The notes: generated by a model from the letters alone, not told the origin. A stretch of 64,000 bases of DNA from Candidatus Omnitrophota bacterium (GCA_041650935.1 JBAZKH010000002.1:64372-128371); one strand, 5' to 3'; counted from the stretch's first letter, positions 36,718-46,370 are shown. Made by a program: numbers and translations.

Positions 36718-37951
36718 TCACAAGCTACCTTCCGGATGGAAGCGTATTAAGCTCGGAGAGTATCTTACCGAAATTAGCGATCGCAATAACACAATCAAAG
36801 ATAACGGCGCGCCCGTTCTGAGTGTCACAAACAGACCCGGTTTTTCGATATCAGAGGAGCATTTTTACAAAAAAGTGTTTAGTAAGGATCTGTCTAATTA
36901 CAAAATTATTAAGAGAGGGCAGTTCGCCTATAACCCTTCAAGGGTCAATGTTGGCTCTATAGCACGCCTGAAGGAAGTCGATAAAGGGCTACTCAGTCCT
37001 ATGTATGTTACATTTGAGACCAAGATGGGTCTAAATGAATCATACCTGGATCATTGGATACTCAGTCCTCGCTTTAGAAGCCTTGTCAAGGCTGGCACGC
37101 AAGGTAGCGTAAGGAATTCATTAAATTTCTCTGCTCTTGCAGATTTCCCATTTTACCTTCCACCTGATGAAGAGCAAAAGAAGATAGTTGAAATCCTTGA
37201 TCGTATCGATCTTGTCATCGACCAAACCCAAGCAATTATTGATCAAACTCAAACTCTCAAGAAGGGTCTCATTCAGGAGTTATTCACGCGCGGGATTCCG
37301 AGTAAGAAAAAAAAGTTTATAAAAAGTGAACTTGGGGAAATTCCAGAAAAATGGCAAATTTTAAGGTTTGAAAATATCGTTGCTGACTATAGAAATGGAA
37401 TATATAAACATGAAAGACATTATGGAGCTGGAGTTCCTTGCATCAGAATGTATAACATATTTGATGGCAAGGTTAATACTCGAAATACACCATTAGTGAA
37501 AGCAAGCAAGAAAGAGTTGGTTGATTATGGTTTATTACCAGGGGATATATTAATTAATAGAGTAAATAGTTTAGACCAAGTAGGTAAGGCTGGTATTGTG
37601 AGAGAAGACTTAGGACCGGCTGTTTTTGAAAGCAAGAATATTAGGGTAAGAACAGACGGGTCAAAATGTCTTCCCGAGTATTTAATTACCTTTTTATCAT
37701 CTTCTCTATATTTAAGACAGATGAAACGTGGAATAAAAGCAGCTGTGCAACAGGCAACTATTAATCAAGACGATTTAAATCGAATAAAGATTAGCTTACC
37801 GCAAATAGAAGAGCAGCAGGTCATTATTAATCTTATGCAAAAGATTGATTTAGATATTCAAATTAACCAGACAACATATAATTTTTATCACGAAGTCAAA
37901 TCTGCAATTATGCAGGTCCTTTTGACTGGCGAGGTAAGAATTAAAAAATGA
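36707..37951 (+). CDS. hsdS: Type I restriction-modification specificity subunit, full-length (two target-recognition domains)
   Basis: 414 aa. Two target-recognition domains separated by a central conserved helix, and a C-terminal conserved helix. Overlaps the hsdM stop. Confidence 0.8.
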   Translation: MGNSHKLPSGWKRIKLGEYLTEISDRNNTIKDNGAPVLSVTNRPGFSISEEHFYKKVFSKDLSNYKIIKRGQFAYNPSRVNVGSIARLKEVDKGLLSPMYVTFETKMGLNESYLDHWILSPRFRSLVKAGTQGSVRNSLNFSALADFPFYLPPDEEQKKIVEILDRIDLVIDQTQAIIDQTQTLKKGLIQELFTRGIPSKKKKFIKSELGEIPEKWQILRFENIVADYRNGIYKHERHYGAGVPCIRMYNIFDGKVNTRNTPLVKASKKELVDYGLLPGDILINRVNSLDQVGKAGIVREDLGPAVFESKNIRVRTDGSKCLPEYLITFLSSSLYLRQMKRGIKAAVQQATINQDDLNRIKISLPQIEEQQVIINLMQKIDLDIQINQTTYNFYHEVKSAIMQVLLTGEVRIKK

Positions 37952-37961
37952 GAGGTGTGAA

Positions 37962-39032
37962 ATGAGCGACTATTCTAAATTATTCGAGGCAATATTAAAG
38001 GAGTCGAAAAACGCTAACGGAGCCTTTGGGCAGCTCCTTGACTCCTCAATAAACATACCGGAAGGGATCCGGTCTACGGCTAGTGATAGCCATAATCATT
38101 TGCGAGAATTTTTAGAAGGTGAGCATAAGCGAGATTCGACCTTTCCGCGGGTGTTATCCATAAAAGATGATGATTTCTTGGGAGGTTCTTTTGCAAGACA
38201 TACTAAGATATGGCCGCTGGATGATATAGATATATATTTCCCGTTGGATGGGTTTAATCTGTCTTATCTGCAAAACGGCTATAGGTTGCCATATACCGTT
38301 GTGTCAGATGGCGTGTTATCAAATAACCCATTGTTAGGTAGCCGCTGGACGATCGGAATTTATATATCGTCTTCTAAGTTAGTGACAGAATTTGCAGCAG
38401 TTCTTAAGCGGCACTATCCTGATACTAAAGTTAAACCCGATGGACAATCTGTTGCTATAAGGATGACCCAGGGTGAAACGTCCGATGAAGAAGGTTTGGG
38501 ATACGATATAGTTCCCTGCTTCTCATTGCAGCCGGATAACAAGACGGAAAGCTCTTTTTACCTTATACCCGATGGAAAAGATAACTGGACAAGGACTAAC
38601 CCTAGGATTGACACTGAGATAGCGGAAAAATTACACGTCGCTAACAATAAAACATATAGGAAAGTAGTTAAAATTGTGAAATATTGGAATAAAGAAAAGT
38701 TTCGTAGCATATTACCTTCCTATTATATTGAATTGGCTATAGCAAAGGGCTACATACAGAAAAATAAAGAGGGCGAGAATATAAACAGCCTTTCTTATGG
38801 TGTGGCAGTTGGATTCTGGGCTCTTAATGAGGCTATTAAACAGGGTGGTCAAGACTCATTTCTGCCATTGGCGCCCAAGGTTTACCCGGGACAATTAGAC
38901 GAAGGGCATAAGTTAATAATAGGTGCAGCCCACTCTGTTTCTCTTCAGGCTTGGGATGCTGAGAAAGCTGGCAATCAAGATCAAGCGATAAGTCACTGGA
39001 AGCGGATTTTTGGTGATACGTTTGGAGCGTAA
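37962..39032 (+). CDS. cGAS/DncV-like nucleotidyltransferase (CD-NTase-like). Candidate CBASS cyclase.
   Basis: 356 aa. GGSFARHTKIWPLDDIDIYF gives the GS-x11-[DE]h[DE]h motif. Third acidic residue at GYDIVPC. C-terminal VVKIVKYWNKEK resembles the OAS/cGAS KxW helix. RBS GAGAGGTG. Confidence 0.55.
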   Translation: MSDYSKLFEAILKESKNANGAFGQLLDSSINIPEGIRSTASDSHNHLREFLEGEHKRDSTFPRVLSIKDDDFLGGSFARHTKIWPLDDIDIYFPLDGFNLSYLQNGYRLPYTVVSDGVLSNNPLLGSRWTIGIYISSSKLVTEFAAVLKRHYPDTKVKPDGQSVAIRMTQGETSDEEGLGYDIVPCFSLQPDNKTESSFYLIPDGKDNWTRTNPRIDTEIAEKLHVANNKTYRKVVKIVKYWNKEKFRSILPSYYIELAIAKGYIQKNKEGENINSLSYGVAVGFWALNEAIKQGGQDSFLPLAPKVYPGQLDEGHKLIIGAAHSVSLQAWDAEKAGNQDQAISHWKRIFGDTFGA

Positions 39033-39042
39033 AGGATAAGCC

Positions 39043-39864
39043 ATGAAATTAACAGACCGATTAATCGAAGCTATGAGATCCGAGTTTGGTAAGAGCAAGA
39101 GATGGTATCATAGAAGTATTTGTGCAAGCTTAGGGATGTTGCTACTATCAGTAATCCTGGTTCCTTGTTCGTCCGGCATATCCGCAGTCATATTAGGGAT
39201 GGGCTTATTTATCTTACCGATGCTCTTATTTGTATCACGCGAATTTTCATTAGAACATCAGGATCGCGCTGAGTATATTAGGCGCTCTCTTATGTTGGCA
39301 GATGCTCTCGATCATAAGCCATCAAAAATTGAATTAGCTCAACTCAAAATCGACGTGGGAAGCATAGACAGAAGCGAGCCATTATTCGATAAACGTTATT
39401 ACGACTCTAAAATAGCTGTTGGGCCGAGTAGATTGATTGATATTTTAGCAGAATCAGCATTTTTTACGCATAACCTAAGTAAGCGTGTAGCCTATATTTT
39501 AGGGGGCATAATTTGTGTCGGCGTTGTTGGTCTATTTTTTGTCCTTTATATGCTTCTTAGTATACCTGTCGGGCATGAGATATCCTTGGTGGTTGCCAAA
39601 TGGGCTGCTCTAGTTATGTCATTCTTAGCAGCAGGAGATTTTTCATATTTATTTCGTAGATCTTTTTGTTTGTCCATAGCTTCCAAAAATGTGTTAAGTA
39701 AAAGCGATGTGTTCATAAAGAATGGAAATATTTCTGCAGAAGATGCAATGGAATTGGCAGATGAATATAACTGCGCTGTTATACAGTCGCCGCCAATTCC
39801 GGGTGCAATTTATAAGTACATGCTCAAATCATTGAATGAAGCATGGCGAAAGAGGCAATCATGA
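39043..39864 (+). CDS. Multi-pass membrane protein. Candidate CBASS membrane effector.
   Basis: 273 aa. Four hydrophobic segments (LGMLLLSVILVPC, VILGMGLFILPMLLFV, IICVGVVGLFFVLYMLL, AALVMSFLAAG). Immediately follows the nucleotidyltransferase. Its stop overlaps the hsdR start. Confidence 0.45.
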   Translation: MKLTDRLIEAMRSEFGKSKRWYHRSICASLGMLLLSVILVPCSSGISAVILGMGLFILPMLLFVSREFSLEHQDRAEYIRRSLMLADALDHKPSKIELAQLKIDVGSIDRSEPLFDKRYYDSKIAVGPSRLIDILAESAFFTHNLSKRVAYILGGIICVGVVGLFFVLYMLLSIPVGHEISLVVAKWAALVMSFLAAGDFSYLFRRSFCLSIASKNVLSKSDVFIKNGNISAEDAMELADEYNCAVIQSPPIPGAIYKYMLKSLNEAWRKRQS

Positions 39865-42842
39865 CCAGTAAAGGTTGGAACGAGTTACACTTATCAGAAG
39901 ACTCGACCGTTGAGCTCCTGCAGGCTCTAGGGTATACGTTTGTCCCCCCTGAGCAATTGGAGACAGAACGAGGTAGCCTTAAAGAGATAGTGTTGACCTA
40001 TCGCCTGGAGAAGAAGCTCAAAGAGATAAATCCTTGGCTTTCAGATGAGAATCTTAAAAAGGCGGTTCGTGCCATAACCACTGTTCCAGCAACGAGTCTT
40101 ATCGAGGCAAATGAAAAGATTTATACGTCTTTGGTTCATGGTGTTTCCATTGAGCAGGATATAGGCGATGGGCAAGGCAAGAAGGGTCACAGCGTATCCT
40201 TCATTGATTTTGATCACCCAGAGAAAAATGAGTGCGTAGTTACCCGCCAATTTAAAGTTGCTGGGCCAAAAGAAAATATTAAGTGCGATGTTGTCGTCTT
40301 TATTAACGGTATCCCTGTTGTTTTAATAGAGTGTAAAAATCCCACGATTCTTGATCCTATTAATAAAGCAATCGAGCAGCTTTTTAGATATCAGGAGCTA
40401 AAAGAAGAATATAAAGATAGGGGCGCACCTAAGCTATTCGAAACCATGCAGCTTCTTATAGCCACGTGTGGGCAGCAGGCAAAATATGCTACCGCTTATA
40501 CTCCATATCGTCATTATCTCGAATGGAAGGTTCCATATCCGATCAGCCTCGATGAATTAAATGAAAAATATACCAAAAGATTGTTTGGAAGGACGCCCAA
40601 TCCGCAAGATATTCTCATATATGGCCTGCTTGAAATCAGCAATCTGCTTGATATAATCAGAAATTTTATTTCTTTTGAGGTTGAGGGTGGGAAGACCATA
40701 AAGAAGATAGCTCGCTATCAGCAATTCATAGCTGTCAATAATGCCATCAGAAGAATTCAGAAGGAGAAAAGTTCGAAGAAGCGCGGAGGCGTTATCTGGC
40801 ATACTCAGGGCTCAGGCAAGTCTCTTTCTATGCTTTGGCTTGCTGTTAAGCTAAAGAGATGTAGAGAGCTTGAAAATCCCACCCTAGTTATTGTTACGGA
40901 TCGCGTAGATCTTGATAATCAGATTGTTGGAACATTCCAAAGATGTGGTTTCCCGAATCCGGCTCAGGCAAAGAGCGTAGCTAATCTGCGCGAGCTTATT
41001 AGGCAGGGGAATGGGCAAACAGTCATAACTACTATTCAGAAGTTTCAAGAAGCATCCGAAAATACAAGACATCCTGTGTTGTCAGAGGCAGAGAATGTAT
41101 TTGTGATGGTGGATGAAGCGCATAGAACACAGTATAAGAATTTAGCAGCCAATATGAGGCAGGCATTACCTAATGCGTGTTTCTTTGGCTTTACAGGCAC
41201 GCCAATAGATAAGAAAGATCGTAGCACTATACAGACCTTCGGGCCGTATATCCATACTTATACAATCGAGCAAGCCGTACAGGATGGGGCTACCGTCCCC
41301 ATTTATTATGAAAGCAGGCTTCCTGATGTTCATGTACAAGGTGAGAATCTTGATACCATTTTCGACAGATATTTTCAGGAATATAGCGAAAAAGAACGTG
41401 AAGAGATAAAGCGAAAATATGCCACAGAAGAGATAATTGGCCTTGCGTCCTCTAGGGTGGAAGCCATATGCCTAGATATTATTGATCATTATGAAAAATT
41501 CATCATGCCAAATGGCTTTAAGGCTCAGATTGTAACTCCGAGCAGAGAAGCTGCTATTATGTACAAGGAGATGCTTGATAAGCTCAGTGGTCCACCATCA
41601 GCAGTTTTGATATCAGGTAGTAACAATGACCCACAGCGGCTTAAGAAGCATCACAAGACTCAGGCTGAGGAGAAGGAGATAATTCGTAGTTTTAAGGAAG
41701 ATCCCGTTGAAAAATTAGCCATTATTATTGTCTGTGACAAGCTTTTAACTGGTTTCGATGCTCCTGTGGAACAAGTAATGTATATCGATAGCCCTTTAAA
41801 AGACCACACGCTCCTACAGGCGATAGCACGTGTAAATAGAACCGCAGACAAGAAAGACTACGGCCTTGTAATTGACTATTGGGGTATTTCAAAAGATCTA
41901 CAAGAGGCGCTTATTGTATTTCAACCTACTGATATAGTAGGAGCGTTAACTCCAAAAACGGATGAATTGCCAAGGCTTGAAGCACGTCATAGAATTGCTA
42001 TGCATTTCTTTGATAAAGTGACCAGAGATGATCTTGAGACATGTATAAAAATAGTAGAGCCAGAAGATGTAAGGGCAGAGTTTGATCTTGCATTCAGACG
42101 TTTTGCGCAGAGTATGGATATGGTTTTACCAGATCCTGCAGCATTACGGTATAGTTCTGATTTAAAATGGCTAGGCAAGATTAGAAATGCCGCGAGAGCT
42201 CGTTTTAGAGACTCTTCCCTAGACTTATCGAGTTGTGGTGCAAAGGTGAGGCAGCTTATCGAAGAACACATAAAAACCGATGGCGTACAGAGGCTACTTG
42301 AGCCAGTTTCCATTTTTTCAAAGAAGTTTGATGAATTTGTTGAAAACCTTACTACACCAGAAGCAAGGGCGAGCGAAATTGAACATGCTATGCGGCATGA
42401 AATCCACGTTCATCTTCAGGAAGACCCTGTATTTTTCGAATCTTTAAAAGCGCGTCTTGAGAAGATAATCGAAGAGAGGAAGCAGCAAAGGATAGATGCT
42501 GTTGAAGAGCTCAAACGCCTAAATTCATTAGTTGAGGAAATGCGTAATATTGGCAAGGTGGCCGAAGACCTAGGTTTCACAGAGACAGAATATGCATTCT
42601 ATAAGATGTTAAAGGCAAGTAGTGGCAAAAAAGATGACAATAGCTATGAAGCTTTGGCCCATTCAATCGTTAAAGCTTTAGAAAATCTGGCAGTTATAGA
42701 TTGGGTGCATAAAGATGACGTTCAGCGAGAAATGCGTAGGCAGATAAAAAGTATTCTTCGTTCAGGAGGTTATCAATTTGAAGAGATCGAAATCTTGATT
42801 GCCAAGATTATGGATTTAGCGAGGGTAAGACTGGCCAAATGA
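39843..42842 (+). CDS. hsdR: Type I restriction-modification endonuclease subunit
   Basis: 999 aa. PD-(D/E)xK motif VVFINGIPVVLIECK. Helicase Walker A HTQGSGKSL. DEAH (MVDEAHRTQ). Motif VI QAIARVNR. Confidence 0.9.
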   Translation: MAKEAIMTSKGWNELHLSEDSTVELLQALGYTFVPPEQLETERGSLKEIVLTYRLEKKLKEINPWLSDENLKKAVRAITTVPATSLIEANEKIYTSLVHGVSIEQDIGDGQGKKGHSVSFIDFDHPEKNECVVTRQFKVAGPKENIKCDVVVFINGIPVVLIECKNPTILDPINKAIEQLFRYQELKEEYKDRGAPKLFETMQLLIATCGQQAKYATAYTPYRHYLEWKVPYPISLDELNEKYTKRLFGRTPNPQDILIYGLLEISNLLDIIRNFISFEVEGGKTIKKIARYQQFIAVNNAIRRIQKEKSSKKRGGVIWHTQGSGKSLSMLWLAVKLKRCRELENPTLVIVTDRVDLDNQIVGTFQRCGFPNPAQAKSVANLRELIRQGNGQTVITTIQKFQEASENTRHPVLSEAENVFVMVDEAHRTQYKNLAANMRQALPNACFFGFTGTPIDKKDRSTIQTFGPYIHTYTIEQAVQDGATVPIYYESRLPDVHVQGENLDTIFDRYFQEYSEKEREEIKRKYATEEIIGLASSRVEAICLDIIDHYEKFIMPNGFKAQIVTPSREAAIMYKEMLDKLSGPPSAVLISGSNNDPQRLKKHHKTQAEEKEIIRSFKEDPVEKLAIIIVCDKLLTGFDAPVEQVMYIDSPLKDHTLLQAIARVNRTADKKDYGLVIDYWGISKDLQEALIVFQPTDIVGALTPKTDELPRLEARHRIAMHFFDKVTRDDLETCIKIVEPEDVRAEFDLAFRRFAQSMDMVLPDPAALRYSSDLKWLGKIRNAARARFRDSSLDLSSCGAKVRQLIEEHIKTDGVQRLLEPVSIFSKKFDEFVENLTTPEARASEIEHAMRHEIHVHLQEDPVFFESLKARLEKIIEERKQQRIDAVEELKRLNSLVEEMRNIGKVAEDLGFTETEYAFYKMLKASSGKKDDNSYEALAHSIVKALENLAVIDWVHKDDVQREMRRQIKSILRSGGYQFEEIEILIAKIMDLARVRLAK

Positions 42843-43579
42843 TAACGGAAAAAGGAACAATAGCATTCGGGAGCCATAATATAGACTTCTTCATACGACG
42901 AAGCAGCAGAAGAAGGACTATAAGTCTTTTTGTCGATCCCCACGAAGGAGTATTTCTGAGAGCGCCGCTGGGACCATCAGTTGATTCGCTAATAAAATTG
43001 GTGCATTCTAAAGCTGACTGGATCATAAAGAAGCAGAAGCAAATCGAAGAAGTGGGTGAGTTTCTTCCTAAGAGAGAGTTTGCTAATGGCGAAACATTTT
43101 TATATCTTGGGCGGCAGTTTCGTCTTAAAGTTTTAAGATTAGATAAAGCATCTTCAAGCAAAGTGAAATTTACGAATGGATGCTTTATAGTTTCTATCAA
43201 TGATGAATATACAGAAGTGGGCAAAAAGAGAGTCATGAGGAAGTTACTAACCAATTGGTACAAGAGGCATGCTCGCAACGCATTATTTAATAGGATTAAA
43301 ATTTACGCTAAGAAGCTAGATCTTGCACCAGTGGAGTTTGCTTTAGCAAACCAGAGCAAGCGGTGGGGCAGTTGTAGCCATAAAGGCAAGGTCAGATTCA
43401 ATTGGCATATTATTATGGCTCCTCTATCTCTAATTGATTACGTTGTCGTTCATGAGCTCTCACACCTAAAGCAACCAAACCACTCGCAAGAATTTTGGAA
43501 ATTATTAGGCAACGTAATGCCTGATTATGAAATAAGGCGCGATCGACTTCGCAAAGAAGGGCATAAGTTTTATTTTTAA
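42839..43579 (+). CDS. DUF45/YgjP-like (M48-family) zinc metallohydrolase, commonly co-transcribed with hsdR
   Basis: 246 aa. HExxH motif VVHELSHLKQPNHSQEF. Overlaps the hsdR stop. Confidence 0.65.
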   Translation: MITEKGTIAFGSHNIDFFIRRSSRRRTISLFVDPHEGVFLRAPLGPSVDSLIKLVHSKADWIIKKQKQIEEVGEFLPKREFANGETFLYLGRQFRLKVLRLDKASSSKVKFTNGCFIVSINDEYTEVGKKRVMRKLLTNWYKRHARNALFNRIKIYAKKLDLAPVEFALANQSKRWGSCSHKGKVRFNWHIIMAPLSLIDYVVVHELSHLKQPNHSQEFWKLLGNVMPDYEIRRDRLRKEGHKFYF

Positions 43580-43621
43580 TATGTTTAATAGCAAAAATAG
43601 CAATATTATTTCGGAGACAAT

Positions 43622-44398
43622 ATGCAATTTCAATATTATGACCTAGGTAATCTAAATGGCGGAGAAATAGTTGAGGTTATTCTTTCAGGGAACTCCGCTA
43701 ATGTCAGATTGATGGACAGTTCAAATTATAGTAGCTTTAAAAATGGTAGACATCATACATATTATGGTGGACTTGCAAAAAGTTCCCCCGTTAGGATTCC
43801 TGTCCCAAGATCTGGGCACTGGTATGTGACTGTTGATTTAGGCGGATATCGTGGTACGGTAAGAACATCGGTTAATGTTTTGCCAGGCGCGCTTCCTGAG
43901 TTACGACAAGTCCCGCTATCGAGCGTTCCAACTCTTCGCTTGGATAGAGATTATACTAATGGTCAATTTGTAGAAAGAGAGGAACATAGGGAATACGATG
44001 TTTTTGTTTCTCATGCATCAGAAGATAAGGATGAAGTGGTGCGGCCTTTAGCTATAAAGTTACAATCAAAGGGTCTGAAAGTCTGGTATGATGAGTTTGA
44101 GTTAAAAATCGGAGATAGTCTTAGAAGAAAAATTGATAAAGGACTTGCAAACAGTCGATTCGGGATAGTTGTACTTTCAACCGCATTTATTGGCAAGGGC
44201 TGGGCAAATTATGAATTAGACGGAATTGTAACAAAAGCAGTTTCTGGCCAACAAGTGATTCTTCCAATTTGGCACAATATAACAAAACAGCAAGTCATTG
44301 ATTATAGCCCCTCCCTCGCAGATAAGCTTGCAAGGAATACAGCAATAAATACTATTGATGAGATAGCGGAGGAGATATATGGGGTTGTCAAAAGTTGA
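43622..44398 (+). CDS. TIR-domain protein with an N-terminal DUF1883-like domain
   Basis: 258 aa. C-terminal half YDVFVSHASEDKDEVVRPLAIKLQSKGLKVWYDEFELKIGDSL... is a classical bacterial TIR. The N-terminal 100 aa (QYYDLGNLNGGEIVEVILSGNSANVRLMDSSNYSSFKNG...) recalled as DUF1883-like. Confidence 0.65.
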   Translation: MQFQYYDLGNLNGGEIVEVILSGNSANVRLMDSSNYSSFKNGRHHTYYGGLAKSSPVRIPVPRSGHWYVTVDLGGYRGTVRTSVNVLPGALPELRQVPLSSVPTLRLDRDYTNGQFVEREEHREYDVFVSHASEDKDEVVRPLAIKLQSKGLKVWYDEFELKIGDSLRRKIDKGLANSRFGIVVLSTAFIGKGWANYELDGIVTKAVSGQQVILPIWHNITKQQVIDYSPSLADKLARNTAINTIDEIAEEIYGVVKS

Positions 44399-44457
44399 GT
44401 ACGTTATTGTATATATAGGCATAAGATAAAGGTTACATAAATAAAAGGAGGTTTATT

Positions 44458-44691
44458 ATGTCTGACCGAAAACGCGTGTGGGTTTCGCCTGATGGCGAGG
44501 GTGGATGGAACGTGAAGACTCAAGGGAAAAGCAAGGCTGCAGGTAATTTTGAAGATAAAAGCAATGCAATTGATAAGGCTAAGGATATTGCGCAAAATGC
44601 ATCAAAAGGGCAGGTTATTATTCAAAAAAGAGATGGCACTATTCAAACTGAATATACTTACGGGAAAGATCCGTATCCACCGAAGGGGTAG
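44458..44691 (+). CDS. DUF2188-family small protein
   Basis: 77 aa. VWVSPDGEGGWNVKTQGKSKAAGNFEDKSNAIDKAKDIAQNASKGQVIIQKRDGTIQTEYTYGKDPYPPKG fits the DUF2188 pattern. Strong RBS AAGGAGG. Confidence 0.55.
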   Translation: MSDRKRVWVSPDGEGGWNVKTQGKSKAAGNFEDKSNAIDKAKDIAQNASKGQVIIQKRDGTIQTEYTYGKDPYPPKG

Positions 44692-44730
44692 AACTTATTT
44701 CTGATATATAAGCAGGGGCAAACGCAGGAT

Positions 44731-45558
44731 ATGAAAAAACTCCACAATTTTTTTCTATATCTATTTATTGCCTTACTTTTAGTCCCAGGTTGCAATGTTT
44801 CTACTAAGTCTCAACCTGCAACAGCCCAAAGCACAGGCCTCTTTGCGCATACGAAAAGAGCCGATAACAATGAGCACATTCTTTTCGGCTATCCCGGCCA
44901 CGAAAAAATCATTCTTTACCGCAAAGGCTATGTTTTAGGATATAACCCAGATAAGAAGAATGCAGACTGGGTAAGTTACCATTTTACCGAAGCCTATTGT
45001 GTCAAGAACGCAGGTAGGACAGGAGATTTTAGGCCAGACCCAGATTTGCCTCCCGGACAAAGGGCAGAATTAGTTGATTACAAGAATAGCGGTTATGATA
45101 AGGGTCACTTAGCTCCTGCCGCGGATATGGCAAGAGACACACAGACAATGTCCGAGAGCTTTCTTTTATCAAATATGACACCACAGGTGGGTATTGGCTT
45201 CAATAGAGGCATATGGAAGAACCTAGAAGAGAAGGTAAGGAGCTGGGTACACCAGAAGAAAAATATCTATGTCTTTACAGGGCCTATCTATGCGAACTCC
45301 ACTTACAAGACCATAGGGCCAAACAGGGTAGCCGTTCCTGCGCATTTCTATAAGATAATAGTTTCCTGCACAGAAACAGGGGAAAACCTTGATTCGATAG
45401 CGTTTATTCTTCCTAACCAAAAAGGGCCCGGTAATATGCTGCCACAATTTATTACTTCTATTAGAGAGATTGAAAAACGCACCGGATTAGACTTTATGCA
45501 TGATCTCGATGATGATATTGAAAATAAACTCGAAACCAAAACAGCAAAAATGTGGTAA
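44731..45558 (+). CDS. Secreted or lipoprotein DNA/RNA non-specific endonuclease (Serratia NucA family)
   Basis: 275 aa. Signal peptide with lipobox LVPGC. Active-site region GYDKGHLAPAAD (DRGH-type). Confidence 0.7.
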   Translation: MKKLHNFFLYLFIALLLVPGCNVSTKSQPATAQSTGLFAHTKRADNNEHILFGYPGHEKIILYRKGYVLGYNPDKKNADWVSYHFTEAYCVKNAGRTGDFRPDPDLPPGQRAELVDYKNSGYDKGHLAPAADMARDTQTMSESFLLSNMTPQVGIGFNRGIWKNLEEKVRSWVHQKKNIYVFTGPIYANSTYKTIGPNRVAVPAHFYKIIVSCTETGENLDSIAFILPNQKGPGNMLPQFITSIREIEKRTGLDFMHDLDDDIENKLETKTAKMW

Positions 45559-45576
45559 AGAAGAGGGGATAAAAAT

Positions 45577-46140
45577 ATGGGCAAAATAATTGATCCAAAG
45601 AAAATTAGAATAGGCGATGTTATACTTGTAGCGAGCGGCACAGCCGCTACTATTTGGGTACAACAAAAGTTGGGGTATGGAGATAGAAGCAAATGGACTC
45701 ATGTAGCGGGATGTATGGGGGGCTATGATTTAATTGAAGGGCAAGTTCCAAGATCAAGAGTCTGTGACCTGCAAAAGAACTATGTTGATAAAAAGATTGA
45801 AATAAAAGTAATGAGAAAGACTTATGATAACAATTATCCTAGAATAAAAATAGCTCTTTGGTGGGCTTCTATGAATAATACACTTTATGATTTTCCTCAA
45901 CTTTTGTGGTATCCTATAAAAGCAATTGGCCATATTTGGCCAGCATTAGGAAATTGCCTGTTGCATGTAAATAATATATTTAACAACAAAAAATTGCTTA
46001 TTTGTTCAGAATTATTAGCCAGTGGTTTTTATAAAGAAAATTATTATATATTTGGTAAGACAGCCGAAAATGTGCTGCCAGCAGATTTTGATGACTCCAC
46101 TATATTTAACGAAGTAACCGATATCTGGCTAGAAGTATAA
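45577..46140 (+). CDS. YiiX/YaeF-like permuted papain-fold amidase (Peptidase C92 family), soluble form
   Basis: 187 aa. IGDVILVASG...SKWTHVAGCMG and downstream CSELLASGFY. Same family signature as 13280-14011. Confidence 0.45.
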   Translation: MGKIIDPKKIRIGDVILVASGTAATIWVQQKLGYGDRSKWTHVAGCMGGYDLIEGQVPRSRVCDLQKNYVDKKIEIKVMRKTYDNNYPRIKIALWWASMNNTLYDFPQLLWYPIKAIGHIWPALGNCLLHVNNIFNNKKLLICSELLASGFYKENYYIFGKTAENVLPADFDDSTIFNEVTDIWLEV

Positions 46141-46370
46141 AAAGTAAAATATATTTAACTTAAATAATATCAATAATTTATAACTTGCATTTTCTTATAT
46201 TTGTGGTATATTTATAGCGAGAGTGTTAATAAAAAATACTCTTCTTTGTAGCAGATAGTACCGCTACCTAATTCATGTGGCGCCTAACAGCGGCATGAGT
46301 CCAAATTAACGGATTCGTGCCGCTTTTTTTGTTGCCAGCGGCACCTAATGGCTAAAATTGGAGGTGCCAC

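Noticed and set aside
46240-46370. Short GC-rich repeats (CAGCGGCA / GTGCCGC, CCTAA) upstream of the second ParB-MTase gene considered as a pac site
   Set aside because: Only two or three imperfect copies. No equivalent upstream of the first module copy. Insufficient evidence.
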